From contig JBBINN010000001.1 of assembly GCA_037443885.1 (NCBI GenBank), forward strand, positions 1-41,398: a stretch of DNA of 41,398 nt, written 5' to 3'. The translations under genes were made by a program, and so were the position numbers. Source of the stretch: Gammaproteobacteria bacterium (GTDB taxonomy: Bacteria; Pseudomonadota; Gammaproteobacteria; Steroidobacterales; Steroidobacteraceae). Position 1 is the stretch's first letter. Each line of letters begins with the position of its first letter. Under the pieces are notes generated by a model. The model made no database searches. It saw only the letters and a program-made list of their open reading frames with translations, and was not told the DNA's origin. This document shows positions 1-10,932 of this stretch, in pieces.

Positions 1-37
1 ACCCCCTGGTTCACTGGCTGACCCAGCTGCGTAATCA

Positions 38-59
38 GGAACAGGAATGTCCCCGTTTC
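38..59. repeat. Degenerate copy of a REP-like element (ggaacaggaatgtccccgtttc), immediately 3' of the TRAP SBP gene
   Basis: It shares ggaacagg with the copy at 28021. It shares tgtccccgtttc with the copy at 40270. It lies just downstream of a stop codon, like the other copies. Confidence 0.45.
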
Positions 60-1157
60 TTACAGGTCGCGGGTACGCAGGAATGCGGCCTCGGCAACCC
101 TGAGGTACGCGCTCGAACGACGCTGGAAGGCCTTCAACGATTCGTTGATCCGCGCGTAGAGCGGATCACGCGCGGCGCCCTCGTCGATCACCTGCTCGGA
201 CAGATCTCGCAGCCGCCGCAGCACGTCGTCCGGGAAGCGGCGCAGTTCTACACCGTGCTCCTTGACCATTGTCTCGAGCGCTTCGCTGTTGCGCGCGGTG
301 AACTCGGCGAGCAGCTGGTCGTTGATGGCCTTGCAGCAGGTCAGCAGGATCTGCTGCAGGTCCTCCGGCAGCTGTTCGAAAGCCTTGCGGTTGATGATGG
401 CCTCGAGCGTCGTGCCGGGCTCCTGCCAGCCGGGGTAGTAGTAGTACTTCGCCACCTTGTGCAGGCCGAAGGCGAGGTCGTTATAGGGACCGATCCACTC
501 CGTCGCGTCGATCGCCCCGGTCTCGAGCGCCGTGAAGATCTCGCCGCCCGAGAGAGTCACGGGCGCGCCACCGGCGCGAGCCAGCACCTCGCCGCCGATG
601 CCGGGGATGCGCATTTTCAGGCCGCGCAGGTCGGCAACCGAGTTGATCTCCTTGCGGAACCAGCCGCCCATCTGGCAGCCGGAATTGCCGCAGGGCGCCG
701 GAATCACGCCGAAGGGCGCATAGGCCTCGCGCCACAGCTCCAGGCCGCCGCCGTAGTAGAGCCACGCGTTCATCTCCTGCGCCGTGAGCCCGAAGGGCAC
801 CGCCGAGAAGAACGAAGCCGAGTTGATCTTGCCCTTCCAGTAGTAGGCGCCGCCGTGGGCCATCTCGGCGGTCCCCGCCGCGACGGCGTCGAAGGCCTCG
901 AACGCAGGCACCAGCTCGCCTGCGCCATACACCTTGATGGACAGCCGCCCGCCGCTGCAGGCCTCGACCATGCGCGCAAACTCCAGCGCGCCGGTGCCGA
1001 GCGCCGGGAAGTTCGGCGGCCAGGTGGTGACGAGCTTCCAGCGGAAGCGCCGACCATCGGCGGCCGCGGCCGGCCCGTCGGCCTCCCTCGAGCAGGCGCT
1101 CGCCGCCGCCGCCAATGCCCCGAGGCCCAGACCCTGAATCACCCGCCGCCGCTGCAT
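60..1157 (-). CDS. TRAP transporter substrate-binding protein (DctP family, COG4663-like), with a twin-arginine-like signal
   Basis: The ORF is 60..1187. The likely start is MQRRRVIQGLGLGALAAAASA at 1157. The strings WKLVTTWPPNFPALGTGALEFARMVEACSGGRLSIKVYGAGELVPAFEAFDAV and AYYWKGK are typical of TRAP periplasmic components. Confidence 0.85.
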   Translation of the reverse strand: MQRRRVIQGLGLGALAAAASACSREADGPAAAADGRRFRWKLVTTWPPNFPALGTGALEFARMVEACSGGRLSIKVYGAGELVPAFEAFDAVAAGTAEMAHGGAYYWKGKINSASFFSAVPFGLTAQEMNAWLYYGGGLELWREAYAPFGVIPAPCGNSGCQMGGWFRKEINSVADLRGLKMRIPGIGGEVLARAGGAPVTLSGGEIFTALETGAIDATEWIGPYNDLAFGLHKVAKYYYYPGWQEPGTTLEAIINRKAFEQLPEDLQQILLTCCKAINDQLLAEFTARNSEALETMVKEHGVELRRFPDDVLRRLRDLSEQVIDEGAARDPLYARINESLKAFQRRSSAYLRVAEAAFLRTRDL

Positions 1158-1260
1158 GCAGCCCCCTCGCGTGCTGAGCCCGTGCAACCGGGCAGCGCGT
1201 AAACTTACACGTTGGCGCGATCACCGGTGCGACGAGCGGCATGAGCTGCGGGAAGCTCGC

Positions 1261-1444
1261 GTTTATTTCCACTGAAGTATATTTTAAAGACTAAGGTTAT
1301 ACGGACTTTACCACTGGAAATTAATCTTTTCGCAATCCTATGAGCTTGATTACCACTTTTTCATGAGATTTAGTTTAGTGGTTTTTAATTATCGATTTTG
1401 GCCTCCTTAACCTTTCTTCGTGGTGATAAGGACCCATCCAATAC
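1261..1444. other. AT-rich intergenic block of about 185 bp between divergent genes, containing phased CCACT repeats
   Basis: The sequence is visibly about 30% GC in an approximately 70% GC context. CCACT occurs at 1269, 1311 and 1353, an exact 42-bp spacing. An inverted AGTGG lies at 1377. Confidence 0.6.
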
Positions 1445-1909
1445 ATGATAGGGCTGCTACAGAGGGTTTCCGAGGCCAGCGTCACCGTGCAGGGACGCAA
1501 GGTGGGAGAGATCGGCCGGGGCCTGCTCGTCCTGGTCGGCGTCGAGCGCGGCGACAGCGAGGCGGAAGCCGGACGACTGCTCGAGCGGCTGATCGGGTAT
1601 CGGGTGTTCCCGGACGACGCGGGCCGGATGAACCGGAGCCTCGTGGACGTCGGCGGCGAGCTGCTGCTGGTGCCGCAGTTCACCCTCGCCGCGGACACGA
1701 AGAAGGGCACGCGGGCCGGGTTCAGCGCCGCGGCAGCCCCGGAGGACGGGCAGCGGCTGTTCGAGGCGCTGGTGGCGCGAGCCCGGCAGCGGGTCGACCG
1801 CGTGGCGAGGGGCGAGTTCGGCGCGGACATGCAGGTGGCGCTGGTCAACGATGGCCCCGTCACCTTCTGGCTGCAGGTACGTCCTGGCCAGGCGGCGGCG
1901 GGGAGCTGA
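1445..1909 (+). CDS. dtd: D-aminoacyl-tRNA deacylase
   Basis: [13 protein letters not shown]...[12 protein letters not shown]...NRSL...[21 protein letters not shown]...[14 protein letters not shown] is a full-length Dtd signature. AAGGA lies 12 nt upstream of the ATG. Confidence 0.95.
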   Translation: MIGLLQRVSEASVTVQGRKVGEIGRGLLVLVGVERGDSEAEAGRLLERLIGYRVFPDDAGRMNRSLVDVGGELLLVPQFTLAADTKKGTRAGFSAAAAPEDGQRLFEALVARARQRVDRVARGEFGADMQVALVNDGPVTFWLQVRPGQAAAGS

Positions 1910-1996
1910 CTGTTCCGTGACCACCACGCAGGAGACCTTCACGCGCGTTGGCGTATCATCGCGGTTCGCCCGGGGGTCCGGGCCGGAGTTGACCAC

Positions 1997-2239
1997 ATGC
2001 CTATTGGATTCAGGGAACTACTGATCATCCTGGCCATTGCGCTCCTGATCTTCGGGGCGAAGAAACTCAGGACGATCGGCTCCGACCTCGGCGCCGCCGT
2101 GAAGGGCTTCAAGAAGGCCATGAACGAAGGCGACACCGAGGAAACGACCAAGCAGATCACCGGCGACAAGAAGCCGGATGCCGACTTCAGCTCGCAGGAT
2201 TCGCAGAAGAGCGAGACGGGCTCGTCCAAGAACGCCTGA
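1997..2239 (+). CDS. tatA: Sec-independent translocase TatA/E
   Basis: [42 protein letters not shown] is the canonical TatA N-terminus. A GGAG Shine-Dalgarno sequence is present. Confidence 0.9.
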   Translation: MPIGFRELLIILAIALLIFGAKKLRTIGSDLGAAVKGFKKAMNEGDTEETTKQITGDKKPDADFSSQDSQKSETGSSKNA

Positions 2240-2247
2240 CCTGAACG

Positions 2248-2607
2248 ATGTTCGAGGTCGGCTTCACCGAGATCGTCCTGGTCCTGGGCATCGCATTGCT
2301 GGTGCTCGGCCCGGAGCGCCTGCCCAAGGTCGCGGCCGAAGTGGGCCGATGGATGGGACGGGCACGCGCCATGGCGCGCCAGCTCAAGAACCAGCTGGAC
2401 GACGAGGTGCAGCGGGCCGAGCGCACGTTCACCGAGCCAGAGCCGCCGCGCACGCCGCCGCCGGCGCCAGGGACGGCCGCCCCGGGAACCCCGCCGCCCG
2501 CTGCGGAATCCCCCTCGAGCCCGGTCCAGGATGAGTCCGCCGCGACCACCACCGTTGCCGCGGCCGGCAGCGAAGCGCCCGGAACCGACAAGCCCCCCGC
2601 ATCATGA
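2248..2607 (+). CDS. tatB: Sec-independent translocase TatB
   Basis: MFEVGFTEIVLVLGIALLVLGPERLPKVAAEVGRWMGRARAMARQLKNQL is TatB-like, followed by a Pro/Ala-rich tail. The gene sits between tatA and tatC. Confidence 0.9.
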   Translation: MFEVGFTEIVLVLGIALLVLGPERLPKVAAEVGRWMGRARAMARQLKNQLDDEVQRAERTFTEPEPPRTPPPAPGTAAPGTPPPAAESPSSPVQDESAATTTVAAAGSEAPGTDKPPAS

Positions 2608-3355
2608 GCGAGGACAAGCTCGCCGAAGGCACGGTGCTCTCGCACCTGGTCGAGCTGCGCGACCGCCTGCTGCGCGCGATGATCGTCATCGGCATCCTCG
2701 CGATTCCCAGCCTGTACTTCGCCAACGACCTGTTCACCTGGCTGACCGAGCCGCTGCGCGAGAAGCTGCCGGCCGGTTCGTCGGTCATCGCCACCAGCGT
2801 CGTCGCGCCGTTCATGGCGCCGTTCAAGCTGGGCCTGCTGGCAGCGATCTTCTTCGCCATGCCCTATGTTCTTTACCAGCTCTGGGCCTTCGTCGCGCCG
2901 GGCCTGTACCGTCATGAGCGCAAGTTCGCGCTGCCGCTGCTGGTGTCGAGCATCCTGCTCTTCTACACGGGCGCCGCGTTCTCCTACTTCGTCGTCTTCC
3001 CGGTCATCTTCCAGTTCTTCGTGGCGACCACGCCCGCGCACGTTCAGATGATGACCGACATGACGCAGTACCTGGACTTCGTGGTGCTGCTGTTCTTCGC
3101 CTTCGGCCTGGCCTTCGAGGTCCCGGTCGCCACGGTGCTGCTGGTGCGCACCGGGATCGTGAAGGTCGAGTCGCTCGGCAAGCAGCGCGGCTACGTGCTG
3201 CTCGCCATGTTCATCATCGCGGCGGTGCTCACGCCGCCCGATCCGATTTCCCAGAGCATGATGGCGATCCCGATGTACCTCCTGTACGAGGTGGGCATCG
3301 TGCTCGCCCGGCTCCTCGTCCGCAGGCCCGAACCGGCTCCTGAAAACGCAGAAGA

Positions 3356-3359
<4 letters not shown>
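2604..3359 (+). CDS. tatC: Sec-independent translocase TatC
   Basis: [16 protein letters not shown]...FTWLTEPL...APFKL...[17 protein letters not shown]...VFPV.FQFF...LTPPDPISQ is a six-TM TatC pattern. An ATGA overlap joins it to the tatB stop. Confidence 0.95.
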
Positions 3360-4840
<1,481 letters not shown>

Positions 4841-4868
4841 CCGCCCGCGGGCAGGCACAGGGGGGAGC

Positions 4869-6797
4869 ATGAGCCACGAAGACCCGGCGCGGCAGCTGAC
4901 GCTGCGCGCCGTGCTGCTGTCGATCATCCTCACGGTGATCCTGGCGGCCGCGAACGCCTACCTCGGCCTGTTCGCGGGCATGACCGTCGCCACGGCGATC
5001 CCCGCCGCCGTCGTCGCCATGGGCGTGCTGCGCCTGCTGGGGCGGGTGAGCATCCTCGAGAACAACATCGTCGCCACCGGCGCCTCGGCCGGCTCCTCGA
5101 TCGCCGCCGGGACGATCTTCACCATCCCGGCCATAGTCCTGCTCGGCCACTGGGAGCGCTTCGACTACTGGTGGGTGCTGGCCATTGCCGGACTCGGCGG
5201 CGTGCTCGGCGTGCTTTTCTCGGTGCCGCTGCGGCGCACGCTGATCCTCGAGCAGAAGCTGCAGTTCCCCGAGGGCGTCGCGACGGCCGAGGTGCTCAAG
5301 GTCAGCGCAGACCCGGGTCACGGCCTCAAGGCGCTCGGCCTCGCGGCGCTCGCCGGCGCGGCCTTCAAGACGGCGCTGTCCGGCCTCAAGCTCGCGCCGG
5401 AGGCGTTCACGGCGGCGCGCTTCTTCGGTGAGCGCACCATCGGATTCTTCGGCCTCAACCTCTCGCCGGCGCTGCTCGCGGTCGGCTACATCGTCGGGCT
5501 CAACATCGGCGTGCTGATGCTGTCCGGCGGCGTGCTGTCCTGGTGGGTGTTCATCCCGATCTACAGCACGTTCTTCTTCGATCACGACCCGGCGCTCGCG
5601 GCGCGCCTCGCCGGCGCGGGCGCCGGGGACGCGGCGTTCATGATCTGGAGCGCCCAGGTGCGCTACATCGGCGTCGGGGCCATGCTGGTGGGCGGCCTGT
5701 GGTCGCTGTGGACACTGCGCGGTTCGCTGCTGTCGGGCGTCAGGAGCGGCCTCGGCATGACGGGCGCACGCGGCGACGTTCCGCACACCGAGCGCGACCT
5801 GCCGATGGGCCTCATCCTCGCGGGCGTGGCGCTGTTCGTGCTGCCGCTGTTCGCGCTCTACAACGTGGTCGTGGACAGCCTCGGCATCGCGCTCGCCATG
5901 GCGCTGATCATGGTGCTGGCCGGCTTCGTGTTCTCCTCGGTGAGCGGCTACATGGCCGGCCTCGTCGGCTCATCCAATAATCCCGTCTCCGGCATCACGA
6001 TCTCGACGATCCTGTTCGCCTCGCTGGTGCTGCTCGCGTTCCTCGGCCGCGGCTCTACCGTCGGCCCGGTCGCGGCCGTGATGATCGGCGCGGTGATCTG
6101 CAACTCGGCGGCCATCGCCGGGGACAACCTGCAGGACCTGAAGGCCGGCCAGCTCGTTGGCGCGACGCCGTGGCGGCAGCAGGTGATGCTTGCCATCGGC
6201 GCGGTGTCGAGCGCGGCCGTGATGGCACCCGTGCTCAACCTGCTGCTCGAGGCCTACGGCATCGGCACGCCCGCGCGCGAGGGCGTCACGGCACTGCCCG
6301 CGCCGCAGGCGACGCTGATGGCCTCCGTGGCGAAGGGTATCTTCGGCGGCGGCCTGCCCTGGGGGATGATCGCGATCGGCGCCACGGTCGGCGTCATCGT
6401 CATCGTCATCGACGAGCAGCTCAGGCGCCGCCACGCCACCTGGCGCGCACCGATCCTTGCGGTCGCGGTCGGCATCTACCTGCCGCTCGAGCTCTCCACG
6501 CCGATCTTCGCCGGCGGTCTGCTGGCCTGGGCAGTGGACCGCTGGCACCAGCGCCACCGGCCGGGCACGGAGATCGAGCCGCTGCGCCAGACCGGGCTGC
6601 TGTTCGCGGCCGGCCTCATCGCCGGCGAGGCGATCCTCGGCGTGCTGCTCGCCATCCCGATCGTGGCCAGCGGCGACGCCGAGGTGATGGCGGTCGCCGA
6701 ATCGCTGCGGCCCGGACAGTGGGCAGGGGTAGCGGCGCTCGCCGCCGTCGCCTGGTGGATGTACCACGCGGCGACGCGCGGCGCGAAGACGGCTTGA
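4869..6797 (+). CDS. OPT family oligopeptide transporter
   Basis: This is a 642-aa polytopic protein. LTLRAVLLSIILTVILAAANAYLGLFAGMTVATAIPAAV, SGYMAGLVGSSNNPVSGITIST and DLKAGQLVGATPWRQQ are typical of bacterial OPT proteins. A GGGGGAG Shine-Dalgarno sequence is present. Confidence 0.9.
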   Translation: MSHEDPARQLTLRAVLLSIILTVILAAANAYLGLFAGMTVATAIPAAVVAMGVLRLLGRVSILENNIVATGASAGSSIAAGTIFTIPAIVLLGHWERFDYWWVLAIAGLGGVLGVLFSVPLRRTLILEQKLQFPEGVATAEVLKVSADPGHGLKALGLAALAGAAFKTALSGLKLAPEAFTAARFFGERTIGFFGLNLSPALLAVGYIVGLNIGVLMLSGGVLSWWVFIPIYSTFFFDHDPALAARLAGAGAGDAAFMIWSAQVRYIGVGAMLVGGLWSLWTLRGSLLSGVRSGLGMTGARGDVPHTERDLPMGLILAGVALFVLPLFALYNVVVDSLGIALAMALIMVLAGFVFSSVSGYMAGLVGSSNNPVSGITISTILFASLVLLAFLGRGSTVGPVAAVMIGAVICNSAAIAGDNLQDLKAGQLVGATPWRQQVMLAIGAVSSAAVMAPVLNLLLEAYGIGTPAREGVTALPAPQATLMASVAKGIFGGGLPWGMIAIGATVGVIVIVIDEQLRRRHATWRAPILAVAVGIYLPLELSTPIFAGGLLAWAVDRWHQRHRPGTEIEPLRQTGLLFAAGLIAGEAILGVLLAIPIVASGDAEVMAVAESLRPGQWAGVAALAAVAWWMYHAATRGAKTA

Positions 6798-6799
6798 GC

Positions 6800-7744
6800 G
6801 TGACCGCCGGCACCGCTTCGCCGGCAACGCCCGGCGGGCCACCCGCGCACCGCGCGGGCATCGTGCTCGCGCTGGCGGCCGTGTACCTCATCCGGGGCTC
6901 GAGCTACCTGGCCACCAAGGTGCTGGTGGCCGACGAGCCGCCGCTCCTGGCCGCGGGGCTCAGGTTCCTGCTCGCCGGGCTGCTGCTCGGCGCCTTCGCG
7001 TGGTGGCGCAGTGGCCCGCCGCGACTGTCGCGCACCGAGCTTCGCCACACCGCCGTGGTGATGGCCTGCACGATCGTCGTCAGCAACGGCTGCAACGTCG
7101 TGGCCCTGCAGCACGTCGCCTCGAACGTGGCCGCGCTGCTGAACGCCACCCCGGCGCTGTGGATCGCGTGGCTCGGCACCTTCGGCCGGCGCGCCACGCC
7201 GCTGTCGCGCCAGGCCAAGCTGGGCCTCGCGGTCGGCTTCGCGGGCACGGCGATGATCCTCTCGCCCGGTCCCGGGGGTTCGTGGTCGGCGGCGCTCGGC
7301 TGGCAGGTGCTGATCCTCGTCGGCTGCCTCGGCTGGTCGCTCGGCACGATCTACTTCCGCAACGCGCGCATCGAGAACAGCGCGACCATATTCCTCGCGC
7401 TGCAGATGCTCTCGGGCGGCCTGGCGCTTATCCTGCTCGCGGCGGCCCTCGGCGAGCCGATGGCGATGCAGTGGACGGCCGAATCCACGGCGGCATTCCT
7501 CTGGCTCACGCTGATGAGCTCCTGCCTGGCGTACTCGGCCTATATGTACCTTGCCGTGCACACCACGCCGGTGGTCGTCGGCACCTACGCCTACGTCAAT
7601 CCGGGCATCGCGGCCGTGCTGGGCTGGCTCGTGCTCGGGGAGCGCCTCGAGCCGCTGCAACTCGCCGGAATGGCGGTGATCCTCGTCGCCGTGGCGCTGG
7701 TAACCGGCTACCTCGGCGGCCCGCGCCGGCGCGCCGCAGCTTGA
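6800..7744 (+). CDS. EamA/DMT family transporter
   Basis: A GTG at 6800 is in frame with ORF 6170..7744, 3 nt after the OPT stop. The protein has ten hydrophobic segments and duplicated EamA-like halves (IRGSSYLATKVL..., YAYVNPGIAAVLGWLVLGERL). Confidence 0.8.
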   Translation: MTAGTASPATPGGPPAHRAGIVLALAAVYLIRGSSYLATKVLVADEPPLLAAGLRFLLAGLLLGAFAWWRSGPPRLSRTELRHTAVVMACTIVVSNGCNVVALQHVASNVAALLNATPALWIAWLGTFGRRATPLSRQAKLGLAVGFAGTAMILSPGPGGSWSAALGWQVLILVGCLGWSLGTIYFRNARIENSATIFLALQMLSGGLALILLAAALGEPMAMQWTAESTAAFLWLTLMSSCLAYSAYMYLAVHTTPVVVGTYAYVNPGIAAVLGWLVLGERLEPLQLAGMAVILVAVALVTGYLGGPRRRAAA

Positions 7745-7754
7745 GTGCCGCCGC

Positions 7755-7784
7755 GGGGAACAGTTGCCCCGCCGGGACGGTCCC
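7755..7784. repeat. REP-like palindromic element (ggggaacagttgcccc gcc gggacggtccc), 3' of the EamA gene
   Basis: GGGACGGTCCC is a perfect palindrome. The following tail (gtcccatc) resembles the copy at 28027 (gtccccatc). It also shares ggaacag with that copy. Confidence 0.5.
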
Positions 7785-7817
7785 ATCAGGATGGGCCCTC
7801 CGTCGAAGGAGCCGCCG

Positions 7818-9206
7818 ATGATCCGCCTTGCCGCCCTTGCCCTCGCCGGGCTGTTCGCCGCCGGCGCCGCAGCGGACGTCCCGCCGCCCGTCCTGTTCCG
7901 CAATGCGCAGGTCGTCACCATGGGCGAGGCCGGCGTGCTGCGGGCCGCCGACGTGCTGGTCCGGGACCGGCGCATCGCGCGCATCGCGCCCGGCGGCAGC
8001 CTCCGGGCGCCCGCAGGCGCCGTCGTCGTGGACGCCGCCGGACGTACGCTCATCCCGGGCCTCGCCGAGATGCACGCCCATGTGCCCGGGCCGCAGATGC
8101 AGCAGTACGCGGAAGACGTCCTGCTCCTCTACGCAGCGCACGGCATCACCACGATCCGCGGCATGCTCGGCCATCCCTGGCACCTCGAGCTGCGTACGGC
8201 CCTCGCCGACGGTCGTGTGCTGGGCCCGCGCCTCTACACCAGCGGGCCTTCGCTCAACGGCAACAGCGTGCCCGACGTCGCCACGGCGGTGCGGATGGTG
8301 CGCGAGCAGAAGTCGGCGGGCTACGACTTCCTGAAGCTCCACCCGGGCCTGACGCGCGAGGTCTTCGACGCCATCGCCGCCACCGCCCGGGAGGTCGGCA
8401 TACCGTTCGAGGGCCACGTGTCCGACGACGTGGGCCTCATGGCCGCCCTCGGCGCCCGGCAGCGCGCGATCGATCACCTCGACGGCTACATGCAGGTACT
8501 CGTGGATCCCCAGTGCCTGGACGGGCGCCTCGCGCCGGGCTTCTTCGGTGTCGGGCTCACGCCCTGCTTCCAGCCGGAACGCATGGAGGCCGCGGTCGAG
8601 GCCACCGTCGAGGCCGGCACGTGGATGGCGCCGACCCAGGTGCTGCTCGAACGGTGGGTGCAGCCGCCGACGGAAGCCGAACTGCGCGAGAGCGCCGCGG
8701 CGCGCTACCTGCCGGCGACCGTCGTCGAGCAGTGGCTGCGATCGCGCTCGAGCTTCCTCGGCCTTCAGGGGCTCACGCCCGACCTCGCGCAGAAGTTCAT
8801 CGAGGCGCGCCGATCGCTGATCGGGGAGCTGCACCGCGCCGGCGTGCCCTTCCTGCTCGCCTCCGATGCGCCACAGGTTTTCAACCTGCCCGGCGACTCG
8901 GCCCTGGCCGAGCTCGCCATCTACGCGCAAAGCGGCATGACGGAGGCCGAGGCGCTCGCCACGGGCACGGTCAACGCGGCGCGGTTCTTCGACGCCCCGG
9001 AGCTGTTCGGACAGGTGCGCGAGGGTCTCGAGGCCGACCTCGTGCTGCTCGCCGCGAACCCGCTCGAGGACATCGAGGCCGTGCGGCGGATCGAGGGCGT
9101 GATGCTGCGCGGCCGCTGGCTCGACCGCGCCGGGCTCGATGCCCGGCTCGAGTCGCTCGCGCGACGGGTGGCCGCCGCGGGGGCGGGCGGCGCCGTCAGC
9201 CCTTGA
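7818..9206 (+). CDS. Secreted amidohydrolase-superfamily metallohydrolase (COG1228-like)
   Basis: The start MIRLAALALAGLFAAGAAA is a signal peptide, with GGAG upstream. HxH is present in PGLAEMHAHVPG. Further histidines are in FEGHVSDD and AIDHLDGY, followed by LLASDAP. Confidence 0.8.
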   Translation: MIRLAALALAGLFAAGAAADVPPPVLFRNAQVVTMGEAGVLRAADVLVRDRRIARIAPGGSLRAPAGAVVVDAAGRTLIPGLAEMHAHVPGPQMQQYAEDVLLLYAAHGITTIRGMLGHPWHLELRTALADGRVLGPRLYTSGPSLNGNSVPDVATAVRMVREQKSAGYDFLKLHPGLTREVFDAIAATAREVGIPFEGHVSDDVGLMAALGARQRAIDHLDGYMQVLVDPQCLDGRLAPGFFGVGLTPCFQPERMEAAVEATVEAGTWMAPTQVLLERWVQPPTEAELRESAAARYLPATVVEQWLRSRSSFLGLQGLTPDLAQKFIEARRSLIGELHRAGVPFLLASDAPQVFNLPGDSALAELAIYAQSGMTEAEALATGTVNAARFFDAPELFGQVREGLEADLVLLAANPLEDIEAVRRIEGVMLRGRWLDRAGLDARLESLARRVAAAGAGGAVSP

Positions 9207-9549
9207 CGACGGGCCCGAACATCAGCGAGCCGATCCCGCTGACGATGCTGACGATCAGGGCGGCCCCGAACGCGGTCCAGAAGCCGGCGACCTGCATGCC
9301 CGGCAGCAGCAGCGCCACCAGGCCGAGCATGGCGGCGTTGATGACCAGCAGGAACAGCCCCAGCGTCACGACAGTGAAGGGCAGCGTCAGGAGAATCACG
9401 AGCGGCCTCACGAAGGCGTTGACGACGCCGAGCAGCAGCGCGGCGACGATGAGTGTCGCCGCACGGTCGACGTAGAGGCCCGACAGCCACTCGGTGGCGA
9501 GCCAGAGGCCCAGGGCGGCGATCACCGCTCGCAGCACGAACCGGGTCAT
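9196..9549 (-). CDS. PF04020 (phage-holin-4_2 / YvlD-like) small membrane protein
   Basis: MTRFVLRAVIAALGLWLATEWLSGLYV...LLLGVVNAFVRPLVILLTLPFTVVTLGLFLLVINAAMLGLVA..LPGMQV.GFW matches the family pattern. Its 3' end overlaps the convergent amidohydrolase by 11 bp. Confidence 0.75.
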   Translation of the reverse strand: MTRFVLRAVIAALGLWLATEWLSGLYVDRAATLIVAALLLGVVNAFVRPLVILLTLPFTVVTLGLFLLVINAAMLGLVALLLPGMQVAGFWTAFGAALIVSIVSGIGSLMFGPVVKG

Positions 9550-9600
9550 GGCGTTCCCCGCGGATGGATCCACAGGGTGCGCATTATGGACTCTTTCCGC

Positions 9601-10932
9601 TCAGCGGTGCCGCAGGCCGCGGTGGATGACGAGATCCACGCGCTGCAGCAGCGCGGGATGGCGCAGCAGGTCGCCGCGCACGGCGATGATGTCGGCAGCC
9701 TTGCCGGGCGAGATCGTCCCCGAGAGATGCTCGACGCGCATCGCCGCGGCCGCGTCGTGCGTGGCGGCCTGGATCGCGCGCTTTGGGTCGAGCCCGCACT
9801 CGCGCACCCAGGCGTCGATCTCCTGCCAGGTCGCCCGGGAGTGCAGGTGCGCCGGCGCGCCCGAGTCCGATCCCAGCACGAGGCGCGCGCCGGCCGCGTC
9901 CAGCTGGCGCAGCTTGCCGCACAGCGCCGGCGCGCGCACCGCCGGCATGTCGTACCAGCCGCTGCCCTCGAACCGCGAGATGGGGCCCAGCAGGTCGGCA
10001 ACGACGATCGGCGGCAGGCCGGCGACGGTGGCCGGGTCGTCGAGGGGCTCGGGATTGCGCTGCAGGTCCTGGAAGTTGAAGACAGCCGAAAGCGCCGGCG
10101 ACCAGGCGAGGGGCCGGCGGTCGCCGTCATGCGCCCGGCGCTCGATGATGCGGTAGAGGTCCGGCGGATAGTCGGCCGCGTCCAGGCCGACGCCCTGCAG
10201 GCCGTCCACCCCGGCCTCGATGGCCCGCGCGATGGCGGCCACGCGTCCCGCTACCGCCTCGACCAGGAGGCCGCGCGCCTTTGCCTCTCCAACCGCCGCC
10301 GCGAGCTCGGCGTCGGCCCAGAGCTCGAGGTCGTCCAGCAGCACGTAGTCCACGCCTGCCTCGGCGAGACGCCGGACCTGAACGCGGGCATCTTCCGCAC
10401 CGGCGACGACCCGCCGCCAGGCGTCGGTGCCGGGCCGGCGATCCTTCACGAGAACCGGCCCCGACACGAACAGCGTCGGCCCCGGGATGCGCCGCTCCTG
10501 CAACCGCTCGCGCACGCGCAGCGAGGCGGCAAGCGGCGCGCCGGCATCGCGCGCGCTGGTGACGCCGGCCGCGAGCAGCTGCGCGGCGGCCATCGGCATC
10601 ACCACGCGTTCGGCGATCGGCAGGTAGTGCTCGGTCCAGCGTCCCTCGTTCGCGTGCCCGAGCCTCGCGAGATGCACGCGCAGGTCCCACAAGCCCGGCA
10701 GGACGGTCATGCCCTCTGTGGAGACGATCTCGGCATCTGCCGGGATCGGCAGCTGGCCGATCGTGCCGACCGCTGCGATGCGCTCGCCCTCGACGATGAC
10801 CACGCTGTTGCGCAGCGGCAGGTTGCCGTAGCCGTCGACGAGAGTGCCGCCGACCAGCACCAGCGGCCGGTTGCCGGCCGCGAGAGCTTCCGCGGCCAGG
10901 AGGACGAACAGGGGCACCAGCAACCACCTCAT
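9601..10932 (-). CDS. Secreted amidohydrolase-fold protein with apparently degenerate metal-binding motifs
   Basis: The signal peptide is MRWLLVPLFVLLAAEALAAG. Fold markers are LVGGTLVDG, VLPGLWDLRVHL, GVTSARDAG, LVLGSDSG and GKAADIIAV. The HxH motif reads RxH, and two later histidine positions read V and Q/G when aligned by eye with the neighbouring paralog. Confidence 0.75.
   Translation of the reverse strand: MRWLLVPLFVLLAAEALAAGNRPLVLVGGTLVDGYGNLPLRNSVVIVEGERIAAVGTIGQLPIPADAEIVSTEGMTVLPGLWDLRVHLARLGHANEGRWTEHYLPIAERVVMPMAAAQLLAAGVTSARDAGAPLAASLRVRERLQERRIPGPTLFVSGPVLVKDRRPGTDAWRRVVAGAEDARVQVRRLAEAGVDYVLLDDLELWADAELAAAVGEAKARGLLVEAVAGRVAAIARAIEAGVDGLQGVGLDAADYPPDLYRIIERRAHDGDRRPLAWSPALSAVFNFQDLQRNPEPLDDPATVAGLPPIVVADLLGPISRFEGSGWYDMPAVRAPALCGKLRQLDAAGARLVLGSDSGAPAHLHSRATWQEIDAWVRECGLDPKRAIQAATHDAAAAMRVEHLSGTISPGKAADIIAVRGDLLRHPALLQRVDLVIHRGLRHR

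Noticed and set aside
255-1272. ORFs 255..1202 (+) and 481..1272 (-) overlapping the TRAP SBP gene
   Set aside because: These are alternative frames of a gene with a strong family signature, and their products are low-complexity.
6170-6799. An N-terminal 210-aa extension of the EamA ORF
   Set aside because: It overlaps the 3' third of the OPT gene in another frame and is Arg/Gly/Ala low-complexity. An in-frame GTG at 6800, right after the OPT stop, gives a normal-length DMT protein.
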